Assembly (NCBI GenBank): GCA_007135095.1
Contig: SLJO01000077.1
Coordinates: 1-63,839, forward strand
DNA: 63,839 bases
Origin: Bacteroidales bacterium
Lineage (GTDB): Bacteria > Bacteroidota > Bacteroidia > Bacteroidales > PUMT01
Direction of reading: 5' to 3'
Positions 18,666-26,671 of the stretch are shown here, piece by piece. How positions within the stretch are numbered: position 1 is the stretch's first letter; the number at the start of each line of letters is the position of its first letter. The translations under genes and the position numbers were made by a program. The notes below the pieces were generated by a model that was not told where the DNA came from, did not search any database, and saw nothing but the letters and a program-made list of their open reading frames with translations.

Positions 18666-20675
18666 TCAGTATAGTGAGTTAATCAAATCCTCATTCACAA
18701 GGTTTGGCAGGGTCACCTTCAGAAGCGGTGTGCGCTGCATTTCCCTCTGTATTGCCGTCATGGCTCCCTTATTTCTGGCCCAGCTCCTGCGGGCAATGCC
18801 GTTGTTCACATCCCACTGAAGCATCAGCTCCAGTCTGCGACCGGCCTCCTTTGACCCGTCAAGAAGCATTCCGAATCCCCCGTTAATTGCCTCCCCCCAC
18901 CCTACTCCTCCTCCGTTGTGAAGGGATACCCAGGTGGCGCCACGGAAAGAATCGCCTATAACATTTTGCACGGCCATGTCGGCCGAAAAGGCGGAGCCGT
19001 CATAAATATCGGATGTTTCCCGGAAAGGTGAATCGGTGCCTGAAACATCATGATGATCCCTGCCCAGCACTACCGGCGCTGATATCCTGCCGTCCCGCAC
19101 CGCCCGGTTAAAGGCCGATGCAATTTTTATGCGGCCTTCACAATCGGCATATAGTATCCGGGACTGGGATCCTACTACCAGGTTGTTCATGCCCGCTTCC
19201 CTTATCCACAAAAGATTATCCTGTAGCTGCGGTAGTATTTCCGGTCCGGCAGTGGAAATAATTTTTTCAAGCTCCTCTGCGGCAATATTGTCAGTCACCT
19301 CAAGATCAGCAGGATCTGAAGAGGTACATACCCACCTGAAGGGTCCGAAACCATAATCAAAGAATAAGGGCCCCATGATGTCCTGCACATATGAAGGATA
19401 CCTGTATGCACCGTCGGAATCAAAGACATCAGCCCCTGCACGTCCGGCCTCAAGCAGGAATGCATTCCCGTAGTCCCAGAAATACATGCCCCGTGAGGTA
19501 AGCTTATTTATAGCCTCCACATGCCGGCGCAGGGACGCCCGGACCTGTGCGCGGAATTCAGCCGGATCAGAAGCCATGAGCCGGTTTGCTTGCTCAAAAC
19601 CAATTCCTGCCGGGTAATACCCTCCGGAGAAGGGGTTGTGAAGAGATGTCTGGTCCGATCCCAGTTCAACAGGCAAATTTTCGGCAGCCACTTTCTCAAG
19701 CATGTCAACCACGTTACCGCTGAAGGCAAGCGATACGGCCTCCTTGTTCTCCCTCGCCCTGAAAGCACGCCGGATGAGCCGGTCGGGATCATCATAGACT
19801 TCATCAACCCATCCCTGGGAATAGCGGGTGTGGATTGCTTTGGGATTGACCTCGGCTACCAGGCATATACCCCCAGCAATGACAGTGGCTTTGGGCTGAG
19901 CGCCGGACATCCCCCCCAGTCCGCTGGTTACAAATATCTTCCCTTTAATTCCCTCCTTGTTGTATCCTCCCTTCCGCCTGCCGGCATTCAATACTGTTAT
20001 GGCGGTGCCGTGGACAATGCCCTGTGGACCGATGTACATGAATGATCCGGCAGTCATTTGTCCGTACTGGCTAACGCCAAGGGCATTGAGCCTCTCGTAA
20101 TCTTCCCTCGATGAGTAATTGGGAATTACCATGCCGTTGGTTACCACCACTCTGGGCGCTTCCCGGTGTGAGGGAAAGAGGCCATGGGGATGCCCCGAAT
20201 AAAGAACAAGGGTCTGCTCATCGGTCATGCCGGCAAGGTACTGCATAGTAAGCAGGTACTGAGCCCAGTTCTGAAATACCGCGCCATTGCCTCCGTAAGT
20301 AATCAGTTCATAGGGGTGCTGGGCAACAGAATGATCAAGGTTATTGCTCAGCATCAGCATCACAGATGCTGCCTGGAGGGATTTGTGGGGGAAATCATTG
20401 ATGTTTCTTGCCTTAATTTCATAGGAAGGCCTGAAACGGTACATATATATTCTGCCGAAATTTTCCAGTTCGGAAACGAACTCCCTGGCAAGGGCTTCAT
20501 GATGACGCTTGTCAAAATATCGCAGCGCATTCCTTACCGCCAGTCTTTTCTGGCTGTCTGTAAGTATATCTGCTCTTACAGGAGCATGGTTGGCTGTGCG
20601 GTCATATTCAGATGGCGGGGGAAGCTCATCAGGTATTCCCTGAAGGACTGCCTGCTTAAATTCTGATTTTTTCAT
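18666..20675 (-). CDS. hutU: Urocanate hydratase (long form)
   Basis: ELITYGGNG, YGQMTAGS..YIGPQGIVHGT, GLGGMSGAQ, SDQTSLHN, GRDHHD, HNGGGVGWG. Confidence 0.97.
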   Translation of the reverse strand: MKKSEFKQAVLQGIPDELPPPSEYDRTANHAPVRADILTDSQKRLAVRNALRYFDKRHHEALAREFVSELENFGRIYMYRFRPSYEIKARNINDFPHKSLQAASVMLMLSNNLDHSVAQHPYELITYGGNGAVFQNWAQYLLTMQYLAGMTDEQTLVLYSGHPHGLFPSHREAPRVVVTNGMVIPNYSSREDYERLNALGVSQYGQMTAGSFMYIGPQGIVHGTAITVLNAGRRKGGYNKEGIKGKIFVTSGLGGMSGAQPKATVIAGGICLVAEVNPKAIHTRYSQGWVDEVYDDPDRLIRRAFRARENKEAVSLAFSGNVVDMLEKVAAENLPVELGSDQTSLHNPFSGGYYPAGIGFEQANRLMASDPAEFRAQVRASLRRHVEAINKLTSRGMYFWDYGNAFLLEAGRAGADVFDSDGAYRYPSYVQDIMGPLFFDYGFGPFRWVCTSSDPADLEVTDNIAAEELEKIISTAGPEILPQLQDNLLWIREAGMNNLVVGSQSRILYADCEGRIKIASAFNRAVRDGRISAPVVLGRDHHDVSGTDSPFRETSDIYDGSAFSADMAVQNVIGDSFRGATWVSLHNGGGVGWGEAINGGFGMLLDGSKEAGRRLELMLQWDVNNGIARRSWARNKGAMTAIQREMQRTPLLKVTLPNLVNEDLINSLY

Positions 20676-20724
20676 CTCTGAAAACTATAGTCAACAGCGG
20701 TACCACCAATTGCCCTGCAGTCTG

Positions 20725-21942
20725 CTATTCCTTAACCGCCTTTTGAATTTTTGTTATTGCCCCGGCAAATTTCATCATATCATCCCTGGTTCCCAGCATT
20801 GCATGTTGCATTATCCATACAGCTTCCTCGTAGCAGGCCTTTTCTGTAACCGGGCATTTGACCCCTGAGTAATCAACCTCTTCGGGAATTGCATAGCACA
20901 TAAAATTCTTTTCCTGGAAAAGAGGCTGTTTATATAATGGCTGCGGGTATCCCATAAAACAGGGAACGCCTTCTGCGGCTAGCGCTTCGGCAAATTTTGC
21001 CTTTGGCAGATCATTAAACTCTGATTTGTCATACCTGAAAATATAAATGTGGTAGCTGTGCAATGTCTCTCCCCTGTCCCTGGCAAGAGGCTTTATGCCG
21101 TTTATCTCCTCAAGAAGTGAATTAAGGTAGGTGCCGTTTGCGTGACGTCGTCTTGTCTGTTCATCCAGCCTTTTTAACTGATTTGAAAGCAGGACTGCCT
21201 GCAGCTGGGTGATCCTGTAGTTGCACCCCAGGTTATAGTGCTCGTACCATTGTCCGCCTTTAATGCGGCCAACGTTACGAAGCGAATTCATCATATCAAA
21301 TAGCGCCTCATCGTTTGTAACGATCATGCCACCCTCACCGCTGGTAAGATTTTTCGACGACTGGAAACTAAAGCACCCTGCATCGCCTATACTGCCAAGC
21401 TTTCGGTTTTTGTATTCGGCCCCGTGCCCGTGACAGGCATCCTCTATCACAGTGAGACTGTGTTTTTTTGCGATGGCCATTATCCTGTCCATATCACAAG
21501 CCTGTCCGGCAAAATGGACCGGAATAATAGCCTTTGTACGGGGGGTAATGGCTTTTTCGATCCCGGAAGGGTCAATATTGTAGGTGTCTGGTTCAATATC
21601 AACAAAAACGGGAACACAGTTGGCTTCCAGTACAATGGAAGCGGTTGCGATAAAAGTATACGGGGGGACAATTACCTCATCGCCGGGTCGCACGCCACAT
21701 GCTATAAGGGCAAGCCGCAGTGCTACCGATCCATTCACACAGGAAAGGCCATATTTTGTTCCGCAAAAGGAGGCAAACTCATCCTCCAGGAGTTTTACCC
21801 GGTCATCGCAGTTGGGATTTCCCCAAAGTCCGCTGCGTGTGATATCAGTGACAACTTGTACATCTGTCTCGTCGAGAATGGGCCATGGGAATTTCTTGTC
21901 AATAGTTTTGGGACCTCCGTTAATAGCCAGGGATTGTTTCAT
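20725..21942 (-). CDS. DegT/DnrJ/EryC1/StrS PLP aminotransferase, RifK/BtrR-like
   Basis: LAINGG, GDEVIVP.YTF.AT, PVHFAG, EDACH, FSFQSSK (PLP lysine), GEGG, NYR. Confidence 0.9.
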   Translation of the reverse strand: MKQSLAINGGPKTIDKKFPWPILDETDVQVVTDITRSGLWGNPNCDDRVKLLEDEFASFCGTKYGLSCVNGSVALRLALIACGVRPGDEVIVPPYTFIATASIVLEANCVPVFVDIEPDTYNIDPSGIEKAITPRTKAIIPVHFAGQACDMDRIMAIAKKHSLTVIEDACHGHGAEYKNRKLGSIGDAGCFSFQSSKNLTSGEGGMIVTNDEALFDMMNSLRNVGRIKGGQWYEHYNLGCNYRITQLQAVLLSNQLKRLDEQTRRRHANGTYLNSLLEEINGIKPLARDRGETLHSYHIYIFRYDKSEFNDLPKAKFAEALAAEGVPCFMGYPQPLYKQPLFQEKNFMCYAIPEEVDYSGVKCPVTEKACYEEAVWIMQHAMLGTRDDMMKFAGAITKIQKAVKE

Positions 21943-21952
21943 GATGTCTTGG

Positions 21953-22945
21953 TTAAATGTGTTGATAGCATAATTTCACCGACTGCAGGGAGTCTGCAGG
22001 CATGCATTGATGAGGTGGTGTATTGTTTATAATACATTGTGCAAAATAGTCAATCTCATCGTAAAACCCTGCTCCCGCATCTCCGGCCGGCACCTCCCTG
22101 ATGCTGTTGTCGTCGGCTATCTGGATGACATCTCCTTTAAGAGAGGTGTAGAGAATGCTTGCCTTTTCAAACTGGGCCATATAGCCGGCCTGGAAAGGAA
22201 AATTGTGATGAAAAGTGTTGCCCCCTTCTATCCTGACATGAAGGTTCCTGCTTTCATAGCTCCACATTGCACTGATATAATCGTAGTCGCTCAAGGTTCC
22301 CGGTAGGTAGCTGCTGTTTATATCAGAGGGCAACCCAAGCACATAGCTTGCAAAATCAATATCGTGAATAACAAGGTCGAAAAGGGCGCCCCCGGATGTT
22401 CCTGTAATCTTTTTATCTTTCCACTGGCCCCACCCGGGCAGTCCTGAAAACCTCGACAGGGAAAGAAATTTCAGCTGGCCGAATTCCTTTGTATCAACCC
22501 ATTGCTTCAGCAGGTTATATGGAGGCATGAACCTGACGACATGCCCCACCATCAGCACCCTGTTCCTTTGTTCCGAGAGACTGATTAATTCTTCAGCCTG
22601 AGCGATATCAAGGCAGAATGGCTTTTCAAGAAAAACATGCTTGTCATGCAGCAATGCCTTTTTGGTCATTTCGTAATGAAGGTTGGTGTGGACAGAGATA
22701 ACCACTGCATCCAGATCTTCAGAGTGAAGGCATTCATCGATGGTTGAATATTTATTTATGCCGGAGAGTTCAGCTGCATCGATATCGCTTGTCGAGAAAT
22801 TTCCGGTTTTTGAGTTAAGGTTCTCTTCGATCAGCGCGGGTATGGAATCAACTATGGCTGATAATTTAAGATTTTTGTTATTGAGAATATTCAGGGTGTG
22901 AGTCTTGCCCATAAACCCGAATCCCAATACAGCAATTTTCATCAT
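21953..22945 (-). CDS. Gfo/Idh/MocA NAD(P)-dependent oxidoreductase
   Basis: GFGFMG, HVFLEKP, GHVVRF.P, GGALFDL.IHDID. Confidence 0.92.
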   Translation of the reverse strand: MMKIAVLGFGFMGKTHTLNILNNKNLKLSAIVDSIPALIEENLNSKTGNFSTSDIDAAELSGINKYSTIDECLHSEDLDAVVISVHTNLHYEMTKKALLHDKHVFLEKPFCLDIAQAEELISLSEQRNRVLMVGHVVRFMPPYNLLKQWVDTKEFGQLKFLSLSRFSGLPGWGQWKDKKITGTSGGALFDLVIHDIDFASYVLGLPSDINSSYLPGTLSDYDYISAMWSYESRNLHVRIEGGNTFHHNFPFQAGYMAQFEKASILYTSLKGDVIQIADDNSIREVPAGDAGAGFYDEIDYFAQCIINNTPPHQCMPADSLQSVKLCYQHI

Positions 22946-22991
22946 CTACAATACATGTTTGAATTATACCATAGGGCGAATAGTCCCCTCT

Positions 22992-23771
22992 CTATTCAGG
23001 CAACTCCTTGTCGGTCATCAGCTCATTGTCGACCAGTATCCTGCCGCAATATTCGCATACTATCACCTTTTTCCTGGATTTTATGTCCAGCTGACGCTGG
23101 GGTGGTATCTTGTTGAAGCAGCCGCCGCAGGCATCCCTTTCTACGGGAACAACTGCCAGTCCGTTTCTTGCATTCCGCCGTATCCTTTTATACGCCGTTA
23201 AGATGCGGGAATCAATAAGCTCTTCGAACTTATCGGAACGCTGTTTCAGTTCTTCCTCATCTTTCTGGGTCTCAGAAATTATGCTGTTAAGTTCGCCTTT
23301 CTTAGCTTCCAGATCGCCTGAGCGTTCATCAAATAAAGTCTTTGAATCCACCTCCAGCTTAATTTTTTCATCCAGCTGGATCGCAAACTCCTTGATCCTC
23401 TTCTCTGAAAGCTCAATCTCAAGGGTTTGAAACTCTATTTCCTTGGAGAGAGAATCATACTCCCTGTTATTTCTGACATTCATCTGCTGCTCCTGATATT
23501 TTTTTATCAGTGCCTGGGAATCGACTATTTCGTTCTTTTTTTTCTGAATTGAATCCTCAAGGTTCTTTATCTCATCCTGAAGATTAGTCAGACGGGTCTG
23601 CAAACCGGCAATTTCATCCTCGAGGTCCTGTACCTCAAGCGGCAGTTCCCCCCGCAGAATCCTGATCTTGTCGATCTCTGAATCGATCATCTGCATTTCG
23701 TAAAGAATTCTTAGTTTTTCCTCGGTTGAACGCTCAGTTCCTTCCTGTGCTTTTTTGGTTTCGGTTGCCAT
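22992..23771 (-). CDS. Coiled-coil protein with C4 zinc ribbon (DUF164/CT398-like)
   Basis: Long coiled coil, NNREY..L.KEIE, CGGC...CEYCGRIL; follows the Nif3 gene as is usual. Confidence 0.9.
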   Translation of the reverse strand: MATETKKAQEGTERSTEEKLRILYEMQMIDSEIDKIRILRGELPLEVQDLEDEIAGLQTRLTNLQDEIKNLEDSIQKKKNEIVDSQALIKKYQEQQMNVRNNREYDSLSKEIEFQTLEIELSEKRIKEFAIQLDEKIKLEVDSKTLFDERSGDLEAKKGELNSIISETQKDEEELKQRSDKFEELIDSRILTAYKRIRRNARNGLAVVPVERDACGGCFNKIPPQRQLDIKSRKKVIVCEYCGRILVDNELMTDKELPE

Positions 23772-23776
23772 AAATT

Positions 23777-24871
23777 TTAAAAATAATGAATGGGATTTGT
23801 TTTTACGTCTGAAAAATGAACCGCAAAGTTAGGGAAATTTTTTGTAAGTAACTCATGAAATATTTCAAGTGTAAACTGTTCGCTTTCAAAATGTCCAATA
23901 TCTGCAATCATCATCCGGTTACCCTCCTGGAAAAAATCGTGATACTTAAAATCGGACGATACGTAAATATCGGCTCCCCACTTCCTGGCCGCGGGGATCA
24001 GGGAGCTGCCGCTTCCTCCGCATACTGCAACCCGGGAAATCTTATTACCGGGCATTTCACTATGCCTGATGCTTTTAATTCCGAACACATCTTTAAGATG
24101 CTTCAGGAAATCCTTCGCTGCCAAAGGTTTATCAAGCATCCCGGCCATGCCCATCCCGGCCCTGTCATATTTATTTTCCAGCGGATAAATATCATATGCA
24201 ACTTCCTCATATGGATGGGCTTTTATCATTTTTTCAAGGATACGGGATTCCCTAAATTCAGGATATATGGTTTCTATCCGCAGCTCTTTTTCAAAATGCA
24301 GGCTGCCGGGTTCACCGGTAAACGGGTCTGAATTTTCAGATCCCCTGAATGAACCTTCGCCCTCGACATTAAAACTGCACTGGTCATATTCTCCTATATG
24401 CCCGGCACCTCCTTCAAATATGGCTTCCCGCACTTTTGATGCATGGCCGGAAGGGACGAATACCACCAATTTTCTGAGTAAGCCGGCTGCAGGCGACAAA
24501 ATTTCAGGTTTCCTTAGCCCGATCTTTTCCGCAATCCTGGTGTTGACTCCTCCAAAAACACTGTCTATATTGGTATGGGCGGAATACAGGGCTATGTCGT
24601 GACGAATGGCTTTAATAATAACCCTTTCGGTAAAGCTGCCTCCTGTGAGTTTACTCAGCTTTCCAAATATTACCGGGTGGTGCGAGATCACAAGCCCTGC
24701 TCCCTTTTTAACCGCATCATCCATTACAGATTCCGTCACATCCAGGCACAAAAGGACAGAATCAATATCCTTTTCATGGCTGCCGACAACCAGGCCGGCA
24801 TTATCATATGATTCCTGAAGTGGCAAGGGGGCAAAGTCTTCCAGTACCCTTATAACCTTATTTACTAGCAT
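23777..24871 (-). CDS. Nif3-like dinuclear metal-centre protein (YqfO-type, with PII-like insert)
   Basis: QESYDNAGL, HHP, HTNID, HPYEEVAYD, VCGGSG, DIGHFESE. Confidence 0.93.
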   Translation of the reverse strand: MLVNKVIRVLEDFAPLPLQESYDNAGLVVGSHEKDIDSVLLCLDVTESVMDDAVKKGAGLVISHHPVIFGKLSKLTGGSFTERVIIKAIRHDIALYSAHTNIDSVFGGVNTRIAEKIGLRKPEILSPAAGLLRKLVVFVPSGHASKVREAIFEGGAGHIGEYDQCSFNVEGEGSFRGSENSDPFTGEPGSLHFEKELRIETIYPEFRESRILEKMIKAHPYEEVAYDIYPLENKYDRAGMGMAGMLDKPLAAKDFLKHLKDVFGIKSIRHSEMPGNKISRVAVCGGSGSSLIPAARKWGADIYVSSDFKYHDFFQEGNRMMIADIGHFESEQFTLEIFHELLTKNFPNFAVHFSDVKTNPIHYF

Positions 24872-25106
24872 AAGAAATTATTTAATTTATTGTTATCCTG
24901 ATGAGTCGTCCATGATAAACCCGGATCACCCATCAGCAGTTAAAGATATCTTACTATAAAATTAGTGTTTTTCCGGGAAAGGCCGGGAAGCATCGGGGCA
25001 AACCCTTTTTTCCGGCTTATCCTTGATAAAGGCGCACACCCGGGTGGTAATGGAAAAGAAAATAATCCTGGTTTCCGGGAAGCAGGAATGTGAAAAACCA
25101 TTCCGG

Positions 25107-25442
25107 CTAAAGGCCTCCCTTGATCTCAATCAGCATTTGCCTGATGTCCTTGAGGATTTTAACAATCTCAAAGTTTCTTTCAGTGCCATCCTTGTTTTCC
25201 CTGAGTTTCTTCTTTGCTCCCCTCAGGGTCAGGCCCCTGACCTTCACCAGTTCATGGATAAGATAGAAATTATCGATGTCCTCAATGGTAAAAAAGCGGT
25301 TGCCCTTTTTGTTCTTTTTCGGCTTTATAATATCAAATTCCTTTTCCCAGTAGCGTATAAGGGAGGTATTGACATTGAACATGTCTGCAATCTCTCCGAT
25401 GGAGTAGTATAATTTTTCAACCTTTTTCTCTTTGTAAGGCAC
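25107..25442 (-). CDS. MerR-family HTH regulator
   Basis: YYSIGEIA..F.VN.SLIRYWEKEF, GNR.F, G.TL.GA. Confidence 0.88.
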   Translation of the reverse strand: MPYKEKKVEKLYYSIGEIADMFNVNTSLIRYWEKEFDIIKPKKNKKGNRFFTIEDIDNFYLIHELVKVRGLTLRGAKKKLRENKDGTERNFEIVKILKDIRQMLIEIKGGL

Positions 25443-25454
25443 AGCAGATACGAG

Positions 25455-26438
25455 TTAAATCCCCATAAAAGATCCGCCCTGCATGGACATTTCTATCATG
25501 GCATCGAATTCTTCAGGAGTAAGATCCCCGAAAAAATAATTGATCGGATTAATGGGACGGTTATTTCTAATTACTTCATAATGCAGATGTGGAGCGGTTG
25601 AACCACCGGTATTCCCTACAAGTCCGATAACATCACCGCGCTTGACTTCCTGGCCGTTCCGCACCAATATCTTATCCAGATGTGCATAAAGGGTTCTGTA
25701 ACCATAACCATGGTCAATTTCGATATATGTTCCATAGCCCCTTCTTGCCCTGGGTGAGTTGACCACTTTTGTAACAACCCCGTTCCCGGTGGAATAAACA
25801 TCAGTACCGGTAGGTGCAGTAAAATCGATGCCGTCATGGTGCATCCTGATCTTGTAGATCGGATGCAGGCGCATGCCGTAATAACCGCCTATCCTTCTCA
25901 GATCCCTGTTTGCAACAGGCTGTATCGAGGGAATAGATGCAAGCATATCTTCCTTGTTAATGGCAAGGTTGATTACTTCATCATAGGAGGTTGACTGAAC
26001 ATACAGCTGCTTTTTAAGAATATCAAGTCTTTTGGTTGTTTCAATAATAAGATCGCTGTTCCTGTAACCTTCAAGTTCGCTATACCGGTTTACACCACCA
26101 AATCCTGCAGTCCTTATCGATGCCGGTATCGGTTCGGCATTAAAGACAACCCTGTAGATATTATCATCGCGGTTTTGAATGTCTGCAAGGACATTCCCGA
26201 CATGGTCAAGTTGTTTGTTAAGGATTTCGTACTGGAGAGTGAGTTTGTTAACTTCCCTTTTCAATATCTTTTCTTTGGGAAGATCAAAAAAATGGCTGAA
26301 TACCAAAAAATAAACGACTGCAATGACTACACTGGTAGAAAAATAGGTAAGAAAACTTAAAAATTTGTCCCTGAAAGTGTGGTTTATCTTATCATATTTT
26401 AGTGATATGGGATTAAACCGGTACTTCTGTTTAGTCAT
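25455..26438 (-). CDS. M23-family peptidoglycan endopeptidase
   Basis: HDGIDF, YAHL, STAPHLHYEV, N-terminal TM and coiled coil. Start reassigned to MTKQKYRFNP. Confidence 0.9.
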   Translation of the reverse strand: MTKQKYRFNPISLKYDKINHTFRDKFLSFLTYFSTSVVIAVVYFLVFSHFFDLPKEKILKREVNKLTLQYEILNKQLDHVGNVLADIQNRDDNIYRVVFNAEPIPASIRTAGFGGVNRYSELEGYRNSDLIIETTKRLDILKKQLYVQSTSYDEVINLAINKEDMLASIPSIQPVANRDLRRIGGYYGMRLHPIYKIRMHHDGIDFTAPTGTDVYSTGNGVVTKVVNSPRARRGYGTYIEIDHGYGYRTLYAHLDKILVRNGQEVKRGDVIGLVGNTGGSTAPHLHYEVIRNNRPINPINYFFGDLTPEEFDAMIEMSMQGGSFMGI

Positions 26439-26503
26439 AAACCTGATTTTGAAATATATACGTTGTTTTTTACAGCCAACCAACAAATCTAAACGAAATA
26501 AAC

Positions 26504-26511
26504 TAATTTTG
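26504..26511 (+). promoter_or_regulatory. -7 promoter element (TAATTTTG) upstream of alaS
   Basis: TAnnTTTG match followed by CAAC, ~165 bp upstream of alaS. Confidence 0.5.
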
Positions 26512-26671
26512 CAACAGCAACTGGAATAAAAATTTATTTCAAATTAGCCAGAAAAGCCATTGTTCATTGTATTTCATTCTCATTTTAACAGTCAGATGCT
26601 CATAAATCATCCTGTGTGTTGAATGTTTTTAATGCGCGGCTTTTTTTGTTCCATCCATTTATAAATGTAAT

